DNA of 64,000 nt from Lama glama (lineage: Eukaryota): assembly GCA_028534125.1 (NCBI GenBank), contig CM052829.1, positions 2,914,001 to 2,978,000 of the forward strand, given 5' to 3'. This document shows, in pieces, positions 25,859 to 36,075 of the stretch. The notes under the pieces are model-generated. The model was not told where the DNA came from. It saw only the letters and a list, made by a program, of their open reading frames with translations, and ran no database searches. Position numbers and translations under genes: made by a program. Position 1 is the first letter of the stretch. Each line of letters starts with the position of its first letter.

Positions 25859-28800
25859 TAAAGTGAATTCAATATTTAAAAAATGGCAACATCTTCAAAA
25901 TTTAGTTCTGTATCATAACATGGTGGTGTTCTGTAAGAGAGAAAATGCTCCCAGGGTTGTCACAAGACTTCGTGCTGACTGTGTAACCTCGGCCGGCCTT
26001 GTAACACCGCTCTCCTGGGGCCGGACCCTCAACAGCCATTCGGCAAAGCTTGTGTTCATGAAGGAATTAACTGGTTTGCTTTTGATTAATGAAATTTTCT
26101 ACTTGGATCTTATTCATCAAGAAACACACAAACCCCTTTTCAGAAGTTATGGACACTTAAAAATATTTGTCTGGAATATTCGTGTTTTAACAATTGGCCT
26201 GTTATCAAAAACATTCTCATTAAACATTAAACACTAAACATTTTTTTAAATGAAGAATAATATAATATAACCTGTGCTGGTTTTTAGTTGTTTAACAACA
26301 TAAAGCAACAAGAAAACTGTAGTTTTAGTGAATTTGTTGAATTCATAAAAATAATTTAATTGAAACTGCAGACTTAGGAATGTTAGGGCTGAAGAGGCTG
26401 TTTTTATCAGCTCTGGTCTATTGCCAAGGCTGTCCCACTCAGCTTGTTGACTTTATGATATTTTTCTTCTTCTTATCAGGCCCCCTGTTTTTAGGCCTGA
26501 GTACAGCACTACTGTGAGAATGCATCCCTCACTTTAGTTAGGATTTGTTAACATCAGTGCTGATAGAAATTTGTAACCAGTTAGCAGGCAGGTGACAAGT
26601 AGGGGAGCAAACGCTGGCTCTTGTGTGCTAGCCTTTATGAAAGGCTGTGACTGGTGATCGTGATCCCGATATAAAGAATTGTCAATGCAAATTACATGTG
26701 TGTTACATTTTCTAGGAGTCTTAATGCAACACACTCATATATGCAGGTAAAATACATCAGCTCCAGGAGTCGAGATGACAAAGCTGTGATGCAGCTGGGG
26801 ATGAGGAAAATTAAAGGAGGCTTTGGGAAAGGAAGCCCTAGGACGAGTAGTTTTCACGACTATGAATTAGCGCCTGGCAGCTGAACTCCATTTTTAACAC
26901 ACCAGACAAGGAATAAATTATTTTATTAGAATGCAGGGAGTTTGTGTGATATAATATATGTTGCTAATTTACTAGCAATTAAATTGAAAAGTCTGGTATG
27001 TAAAACTCACATGTTTCTATTGAGCTGGGGAGCAGCAGACACTTGTTTATGAATTATTTTGCTCAAATAACTATGTATTTTAAAGTCACAAACATTAAAA
27101 ACAAAGGTAAAAAGAACGTCTTTTTATAGACCTTATCAGTATAAGTAGATGAGTTTAATGTTTAATCAGTCTTTGTTTTAGATCTTTATAAAGAAAGGTT
27201 GCTGGTGTTTTAAAAGAGAAAACGAATTATTCAAGAACCGGCAATGTAAAATTTACAGCTGTAAGCACTAATATTAGAAGTTGTAAAATAAAATCAATTA
27301 AGACATAGGCCCACATGTTGACCCAAGAAGTCATAAAATACCAACCATGTGTATTGTAAACCTAACTTTTAGACTGTTAAAAGGGGTGCATGATTAAAGT
27401 GTCATAAAGAAATTTTATGATTTCATGAGATCAACACTTTAAAATTTCCTAGGCTCTTCCTTGACCCGTGTTGTAAAATGTTTTTAAGCACAGATCTTTC
27501 AGATTACATAATAATCAGGCAGATACTGTTTCCTCTATATGTGAATTATTATGCGTAAAATATTCCAAGTAATATAGAATTCAGCTAATTTAAAATAACA
27601 ATACGTGGAAGAATACTTGGAGAATTTAGACGTAGTTATGGTTGCACAGGTCCACTAACATAAGATTTCACTCCCAAAGTACATTCTTTCTTGGTCATTT
27701 TCCTTAGTAAATGGCAGAGACAAATGCTTTCTATTCTTTGAAAATGTTGAACTACTAGTAATGATCATCATAATTTTGGCACCTTTCCTGGTGTGAGCTG
27801 TCCACTTCATATTCTTTTAGTTTTTAGTCTTTGCAGTGTGGGCTGGCATTTCTTCAAATGAGAATGAGGAAAATTGTTCATTTCACAGAGGGCCCACAGT
27901 GGTGGTGTGAATTTCCACTGTTGCTCCTCCTAGGCTCCTGGAGCTAACAACTGATAATTTCAGTTGTACTTAAACTGTATTGAAATCTGATTACATTTGG
28001 ACATGTAACTAAATTGCAAGTTTTATGGGGACTGTCAGTGCGGAATTGACTTAATCATGAGGCAATGTGCTTATTCCTAAAAGGTTTGGAATGACAAATG
28101 TTTAGTGACAGTTTTCTCCCTTTTCTAATACATCAGTAAGGAAGCTCAAAGCGAAGGAAAAGAATCTGCAAGAAGCACATTCTACAGGTGTTGCGACACC
28201 TGAACACAGGGTGAGTGACAGCGCCTTTATATCTGTGTGTTTGTAATTTAAATCTTCGACTAAACAATATTTCATGAAGAAAGAAACACTGGCTGGGTGC
28301 GTATCAGGCTTATGTTAACGGAAGTGGACTCCAGTATTAAGTAAGGAGAACACTTAGCAAGTATAACCGATAGCCAGTAAAACTCCTCCTAAATGTGGTC
28401 CTTTTCCGTTGTCATGCTGTGTCATTTTTAATTTGTCCAGGAAATGTGTGCCTCCCAGCAAACATTTGGAGAAAAGAAGGAAGAAAAATAGAAAGAAATT
28501 GATTCCAGAAAAGGGTTACTGAGAATTCTAAAGTTTGCCTCCTGATTTAACAAAGACCCAGGGAACACATACTTGACGTTTTCTGCCCGGCTCCTGGCGC
28601 CCCGCGCTCCTATGGAGGTTTATATTCAAGTTAAACGTAAATTTTCTTGAAACTGGAGTCACTTTAATGACTCCAAAAAGGCAACTAAAGAAACTTAAAC
28701 GACAAGTAGAAACGTTTTGCCTGTAAATGAGTGATGAGTAAACACTTCAAGGAGAAACACGTCTTCCCCAAACCTGTGAGTTGCTCCGGAGACCCTCCCT

Positions 28801-30748
28801 GCGGGGCCAAGTGCGCAGCCCGCGCGGATTCCCGACTCCCAGGAAAGTAACAGGTGTCGGGGCTGCGCGGCGCGGACAAGTCAGCCTGGAGGATGCAGCA
28901 GCAGACTAGGAAGCACGGCTCAGTCGTTCTAGCTTTTTCTTCACAGTGGGGGAAAAAACTGCAAAGGCAACGGCAAAACCCCCCTTAGTAAGGTGAGAGC
29001 GACCAGGATCTTATTCTTGTTCGGAAAAATTAGGGAGTCTGATCCAGTGAGTGCCAGGACTAGCGCCCGTCACGCGCGACGCTCCAAATCTGCCTCGCAG
29101 TCGCGGAAACGCCTGGGGACTTCGCTGAGGGAGGGGAGTCGCACTGCCTCCCAGGCGCTCCACCTGCCGAGTTTGGTGCAAATGCACATAAGCTCTCTTC
29201 CACTGTGGATGTTTGGATGGGAGTGGGGAAAAGCAGACTTGGGGACAATCTGGATGGAGTACGCTTCAAAATGAAAAACACCCTAGAACTGGACGGTGAG
29301 AAGAAAACTCGGAGGGCGAGAAAAGACCCCGCGGCCAAGCGCACACCGGGGCCCCGGGCCCTGCATCAGCGGAGCGGCTGTACTGCCGCGCACGCCTCGC
29401 GCTCTGGTGACCGCCTCGACCTTCGCGGAAGCTGGGCTTCGGCGCGTGTGCTCCAGTCTTGGGAAGGTGACCTAGTCTAGGGAGTCTGGATAACCCGTCC
29501 CACCCGGGGTGCAGCAGGCCTCCACCCCAACTCGGACCCTGCGCGCTGTGGTGGCTCTGCAGCGCGCCTGCCCAACACAGACACCTGCGCATCCTTGCGC
29601 TCCGCTCTCCAACTTTCCAAACTTCTGGCGGCTCGGTGTTCGGAGCGCCCGTGAAGCCGCACATCTTCCTGCAGTAGTAACCCTCTGGATTAGGGCTGGG
29701 GAAACAGGGAGTGGGGCGTTGTACAAGAGCCACAGGTGAAGAGGTGGTCCTCAGGGCTTTGGGGCCATGATCTCCCAGTTTTTATTTTTTTTGCCATAGT
29801 TTGCGTTTTCCATTCTCTAACCTCACCGGGTCAAATTAGGTTGTGCACACGAACTTCCTTATACAGTGAGCATCAGAAAGGGATTCTTGGGGATGAACTG
29901 GCTTTTTAAGCCTTAGTTTATTTGGAAATATTGTGCCTTGACGGAAACTCCAACCAAACGTCTTTGAGTTTGCACTCTCCGGGGAGCTCTGAGCATAGCT
30001 CAGTTGGAACTGCTGGCCCGCCATCAGGAGAGTTGCCTGGCTCGGGCAAGGAACAGGCCGCCGGGGCTCGCCCAGCAGTGTACAGCTGTAGCAGCTGCCG
30101 GGCGGCGGATTTCGAATTCGGAACAACAGACCCAGATGTGAGGACGCCTCACAGAAACGCAGGCGTTTCGCGGCCCTCCTGTCCTGGCCCGTGGCGCACA
30201 CTGTCCGCCGAGGGCCGCCGGGGTGCGGGGCCTGGCGCCGTGGGGCCGAGTCGCTGCGGGGCGCGCTACGTGGGCGCGGGCGGCGGCGGCGTGGGGAGCG
30301 CCCGCTCCGCCAGTGGGCGTCTTCTGCAGCCGCCGCCGCCGCCTCCACGGGCCGCGGCACTGCAGCGCTTTTCTCCGCTGCTTTCGAGCAGTCGCTGAGG
30401 CTCAGCCACCGGAGCGCACACAAACCACGCCACGCTTGCAGGCAGCGTTTCTGCAGCCCCTCGCCCCAGCCGGGAGCACGCCGATTGTGCGCGCCAGCCT
30501 GCAGCCAGGCCCCGTCGCGCGGGACTCGTCCCCGGCCCCAGGTCCTCCGGCATCCAGTGCGGAACACGATATGAAGATTGGGCCGAGAGGGGCGCGGAAG
30601 ACCAGAACGAAGGACTGAGTAGACTGACGATCGGGCCGACCGGCCCGGGAGAGCTGGTCCTGCGGGGGCGGAGCCCGCCGAGTCCCGGCCCGCGACGCGC
30701 CCCTCCTGCCGGTGGCCGGCCCCCACCGGCGCCCCGAGGAGGAGGGTC

Positions 30749-31640
30749 ATGGCCGGCCCCGAAGACCCGCTCGCTCCCCGCCCCCAGGCCCCCCTGCCTG
30801 CGGCCGGGGACAAGCCCGGCTCCGGCCCCGGCAAACTCCGCCCGGAGCCCGGGCGCAGGGCGGCCGGCGGGGGGATCGGGGCGGGCCCGGGCCCGGCTCC
30901 CGAGCAGCCTAGCCGTGGTCGGGCCGAGCGTGTCGCACCCCCACGCCCGCCCCCCTCCTCCGCAGGTCGCGCCAGCTCCGCTGGGGGCCCCGGCGCTCAG
31001 TCTGCGCGCGGCGGCGGAGGCTGGGTCGCAGCCCGCGCTCCTTTCGCGCTCGCCTTCTCCCCGGTCCGCTCCTCCACTCCATCTTCCTTTTACTTCTGGC
31101 CGCCGCCCCCCCTGGCCCCGCCTTCTCTTCTCCCCTCCTCATCTGCCTTTCACCTCCCCGTGCGTCTCCCAGGAAGGGAGGGCGCAGCGGCGGCGGCGGC
31201 GGCGCCGGCTCGAGGAGGCGGCGGCGATGCTAGCGGAGGAGGAGGAGGAGGACAAGAGGCAGCTCCCTTGAGCGTTCCCCCCGGCAGTAGTCACCGCGGC
31301 GGCGGTGGCAGCGGCGGCGGGAGGCGGCGGCTCTTCCTCTCTCCTGCGCTCCAGGGATTGCTGCTCCCAGCACGCGCCGGGCCCCGGCCGCCGCCGCCGC
31401 CGCCCCGGCTCCCGCTCGGCCCGGCTGCCTGTCGCGTGGGCTCCCACGGCTTCCCAGGAGCCAGCGGGGGCTGCCCCGGCCCCAGCGCAGGCGGCGGCGG
31501 CCGAACTCCGCGGCGGCCCCGAGGCGCCGGCGCCGCCCTCGCCGCCGCGTCCCCGCTGCTCTTCGGCTCCGACATGGAAGATGGATCTTCTAATAATGCG
31601 AGCTGCTTCCGAAGGTTGACGGAATGTTTCCTGAGCCCCA
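30749..31640 (+). CDS. PDE10A: PDE10A first coding exon, long N-terminally extended form (partial CDS, phase-1 donor)
   Basis: ORF from ATG 30749 (gtcATGg, strong Kozak) reads without a stop into ...LLFGSD-MEDGSSNNASCFRRLTECFLSP. The exon ends CCA|GTAAGT at 31640/31641. The extension resembles my recollection of the long human PDE10A isoform (MASLEEPLAPRPQ...FYFWPPPP...RRRLFLSPALQGLLLPARAG...LLFGSDMEDG). Confidence 0.8.
31574..31640 (+). CDS. PDE10A: PDE10A2-type N-terminus of cAMP/cGMP phosphodiesterase 10A, 22 codons + 1 nt
   Basis: gacATGg start; MEDGSSNNASCFRRLTECFLSP(S) matches the PDE10A2 N-terminus, including palmitoylated Cys11 (31604-31606) and the PKA site RRLT16 (31619-31621); canonical GTAAGT donor. 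Confidence 0.97.
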
Positions 31641-34600
31641 GTAAGTGTCTGGCTCCCCATTCCCCGCGGTGGACGGCGGGCAGGGTGCGTGTGCCCGGGG
31701 CGTTTGCCTGCCAGCGGGCTTCTCTGGAGGGGCGGGGGACTGGAGGCACATTGGCGGCTCGGGAACCTGGGCCAGCGCCGGGACACCGGGATTTCCCAGG
31801 CTTCGCGTGCATGTGGGGGAAGGGTGATCTGGGAGAGCGGTGGGAGCCGCGCGTTTAGGACGGGACCTGCTGCCCGCCTCGGGGCCCCGGTGCTGTTTCT
31901 GGCCACACTTGCCCTGCGCGTCTTTGTACTCTCAACTCTGTGACCGCTTACGCCAGGCTCCTCTCCCTTCAGCCTAGGACCGCTCGGCTGGAGTAAACGC
32001 GCATCCTTGGGGGTCCCGCCCGCTGAGTCCTCTGTTTGGGCGAGGGCAGGCCAGGGCCGCGGAACCCCGCGCTCCCTAAAGTGAAGGCACTGCTGTTACC
32101 CGGGTTCGGTGCCTGCGCCCGGCCGCTCCACCGCCGAACCCCAGTGCGTGGACTGGCCGTGTGGAAATGGGTGCGCCTCCGCGAAGAGTCCACTTTCTCT
32201 AGATTCTGGGGCTTAGGTCGTACTCGGGTTGGTAGAGGGAAGGACAATGAGGCGTTAGGGCAGAGGAGAAAAGCGCCGCCGGTCCGGACCCCCGGGAGGA
32301 CCACGACCATCCCGCCTCCCCAGCTCCGGGAGTGGGGCTGAGACCGCGCTGGAGCAGGGGTGGCAGAAGGCGTGTCACGGGGGAGGGGGACTAGACTGAG
32401 CAGAATCGTCAAAGCAGAGATTTGCTAGAAGGCAGGAGGCGGGAGACGTTAAGGGGAGAAGCGCCGGGTGCACAGAGGAGGGGGTCGCCGTTGTCTTGGA
32501 TGGAGGGCGAGCGAGGTGAGGACGGGAGACCCGGGGCGGGGCGGGGCGGGGAGGGAGGTCGCGCCCGCGGGGCACCAGGCGACTCCGGCGCCGGCCGGCT
32601 CGGGCGCGGCTTCCCGCGGCCCAAAGCACGGGTCTCCGGCGCCGCCGTATACCGCGTGCGCACCCGAGCCTTTGTCTGCTTCTCGCCGGGGAACAGCGTT
32701 TCCGCCGCGCCTTCTCCCGGCAGACTCTTCCCTGCTGTTTCGGCTTCCTGCTCCCATCTGCCACTCACGCCCCAGCCCCGACCAACCTGCGCCTCCCGGG
32801 TACCGGGGTCCAACCCCTCCTCTCGCCGGAACTTGTCCGGGCTCACTGCTCGCCTGGGCGCCTTTAGGGTACAGCTCCTGGGTGTGCGATCGTGTCTCTT
32901 GGGCTTGGCTGCTCCCCCCGCGATCCCACCTCCCGGGCGATGGTCAGTTCACGCGGGCCGCGTGGCCCAGCGGCCTCTCGCACGTTCTGGCGGGCTCCGG
33001 CCGATGGCGGCGGGCTCTGCCCCTGCCTGCACGTTGACCTGATAGGACGGTGGGGCGTGGACCCTGGACTCCCAGCTGACCCCCTCATCCTATTGGCCTC
33101 CCCTAGTCTGACCGGAACGTGAGCTCCCAGGTATCTGCCTTCCCCGGGACCCCACCTGAGGGTGCTGACTGACTGATAGATGTGGTTGGGGAGGGACGTG
33201 GTCTGGGCAAGGGTGGCTCGCCGGCTGCCCTGAGATGTGTTAGGTGTGGACATTTTACTTGCTGAAACAGATGCAGGTTGGCCGTGAACTGAAGATGGGG
33301 AGAGCACAGAGCTCCCAGCGCGCTGACTTGGGTTAGCCTCAGGCCTAGGACTGGGTGTTTTGCCCCCTTCTTCGTGTACTGATGATTTCCCCCTCTAAAA
33401 AATAAACATAGTTTTCACAGTTGGCAGCTGGTGGGGGAGTGGGGACGGGGTGGGGGTGGGTGGGGGGGCTGCCACACCTTGCATATGAATATTTTGGGGA
33501 AGAAAGCTGTGCTAAGGAGACCAGGTATGTAGCGATTTGGGTGGAACACCTTTTCCTAAAATGATCAGGTTTCTGTTCGTTGTTATTCCTGCTGTTTGGG
33601 GAGGGGCAGGTGGTGAGGGATGTTGTGGAGCAGAATAGAGTGACAGCTCAGGTGGGAAGGTGTCCTAGGGGAGCCCCCCCAGGCACTCCTTTTGGAAAGA
33701 CAGGACCTGGAGGAGAAGAGGGCATCTCAGCCCCGCCCCCTTCCCACCCTCAGCTCTGCAGGAAGTTCCCATGGGGAGAAGCCCAGGGGTAATAGACTCA
33801 AGAGTTGTCGGGAGCTTTTTGTTTGTTTGGTGGTTGGTTTTTGTTTTTCCTTCTCTCCTAACCAACTCAGTGAGGAGGAGTTGCTTGGGGTTTGAATAGG
33901 ATCCAGAGGTTGTAAAAATCCTTGGGATAGGACTAAGGTTCTTTTAAGCAAAATCTATTATTAGACCCGCCTCACTGCAAAGGTCCGAAGATGGATGCTT
34001 TAAGGACAGTTGCCAGTTTCCGCTCTGACACTGTATCCTTCACTCTGGGAGACCGCGTTTCTGTCTGTTGCTTTAGGACAAGCCACGTTTGTGTGAATTG
34101 CTGAGGTACCAGAAGCCTGGCAGACTTTTTTTGAATATTTGTCAATAAAAATGGCTCTTTTTGAAAAAAAAATTTATAAGACTAAAAATGTCCAGGTGTA
34201 TACAAATGTGTCGTAATTGTTGCGTGTTTCTTCCCCCTTTCCCTTTCAGTTTGATTGCCTTTGGGTCTAACAAGCAAGTTGTCATGTAAAGGCTGCTGTG
34301 TCCAGTTGTTGCTCGTAGGACTGCCTGTTTTATCATCATCAAAAAGCGACTTGTGTTGGGAAAGCATACTGCCCTAGTTCCATTCCTGCCCATCCCGGCT
34401 CTGCATTTGGTTCACACAGTCACCGGTTCACTCAGTAATGCACAGAGCAAACACTTATTAAAAGCTCCTGCCCCTTGCCAGGCACTGCCCTAGCTGGGCT
34501 GTGGTCCAAGAGGAATTCAACGACCAGGAGAAGTGAGCCTTCCAGAGCAGGCCAGCATTGATGCTCAGTGCTAGAAGGGTCAAGGGTCACTCTCCATCAC

Positions 34601-35926
34601 TATCATGCCTCATCTACCATCTACCTTGAATTGCTGATCTCTGAACATGTCCCCAGACGCTGGGCTTCAGGACCTCACTGTTCCCCGAGTGGTTGCTGGT
34701 TGGAATAGAAAGCAGCTCCTGCACAGGGAGAGCCCACATCCTCCCAGAGCAAATTGAGAAGTCCACTTTGCAGGGGTGCACGCGCGCGCGCTCCCACACA
34801 CAGAGGAAAGGAAAGTGAAGAAGTCGTGCCTTGATGGGCCAGCAGGAGCTGCACTAGTCTTCTGGAGAAAACAGCTCACCTTGTTTACACTTGGTGCTGC
34901 TGTGGGAAGTCCAAGAGATGCACCTGCGGGAAAAGGACTCTGAAGCTGAGTTGAGTTAAGAACACTGCCTTAAGCACATTCAAAAGTCGAGAGTCATTTT
35001 CTTTCACTCCCTCTCACAAATGCTCCCACGTCTCTGTTCTAATGTATGTGTTTCACCAGTTGGCTGCTCTGAATGATGCAGAGAGCTGTGGAAAAGGAAA
35101 ATGTTGGTTGGTCAGGGAGAGAGCAGAGACACAGGAACACGAGATGGGAAAGATGTGTTAGCGCAGGCAGCAGACACTTCTTCACACTGCAGTTTGTGGT
35201 GTATTTCTCAAATATTCCAAACAGTGTGTGTGTGTCTAGGAATCGTGGATTTCAAACAGGCTCTTCAGCCATCACTAACCACTCTCGCTCTATTTCTCGA
35301 GACTTAAGATACTGTGTGGCCAACACTTGAACAAACTGAGATAAATACGATCCCTTATAAGAGCAAGTGTGTTTAACACATAGAAGCTTTGCTAGACTTC
35401 ACTTTTAACTTGTTTTTATGGACCCGATGAGAGTGGGATTGCAGAGAGATTGCAAATCCAGCAGCGCAGTGATAGAACTGGGCGTAAATCAGTCAACAGC
35501 CAACTAACAGGTGATGATCGAGTACCTGTTTGGTGCAGTTGTTTCAGGGAATTGCAACTAACAAAAACCAGTCCCTCAAAGGACCTGAAATACGGATGTG
35601 GATACCACCAGGACAGCCAGTGAAGGGAGGCCAGGGTGCAGGCCATGAAACACCCAGGTGGAGTGGAGCTGTCTGTTTCTGTTTTGGCTGGAGTCATCAG
35701 CGCTTAAATCCAGAGGGCAAGCTGTTTAAACTGGGTAGAACTTTGTAGATTCATTAATTTTTATTTCACGAAATTCCTCTTTTAATTTCAAAAACTTCCA
35801 TGAGCCAAGATAATCCCTAAAATTGTAAATGAGAAACAGTAGAAACAGTAGAAAATGGTGTCTTTTGCGACATAAACCTCATATAGTAACTTCAGATAAT
35901 TTTGCATATGAAACTTTTTCTACCCA

Positions 35927-36075
35927 TTAAGAAAAATAAGTGCAGTACAATAAATAAGTAACAGGGATGTAATATGCAGCATGGTGACTGTAGTTAGTAA
36001 ATACTGTGTTGTGTATTTGAACGTTGCTAAGGGAGAAGATCTTAACAATCCTCAACACAAGAAAAGAAATGCAGT
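35927..36075 (+). mobile_element. L1MA/MB 3'UTR fragment
   Basis: gatgtaatatgcagcatggtgactgtagttagtaaatactgtgttgtgtatttgaacgttgctaagggagaagatctt. Confidence 0.8.

Larger units (their letters stand above)
28780..33130. promoter_or_regulatory. CpG island / PDE10A promoter region
   Basis: About 4.3 kb of very high GC and CpG density with GC boxes (e.g. GGGGCGGGGCGGGGCGGGG at 32533-32551) surrounding the first coding exon; boundaries approximate. Confidence 0.92.

Noticed and set aside
28893-28998. ATG 28893 with donor AAG|GTGAGA at 28992 as a coding first exon
   Set aside because: In-frame TAG at 28986-28988 closes the frame before the donor; at most non-coding.
29836-30834. 332-aa antisense ORF and other long ORFs across the CpG island
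   Set aside because: Low-complexity R/G/P/A translations are expected from stop-poor GC-rich DNA; no recognisable domain.
31641-31858. C-terminal part of the 369-aa ORF (KCLAPHSPRW...)
   Set aside because: Read-through into the intron past the GTAAGT donor.
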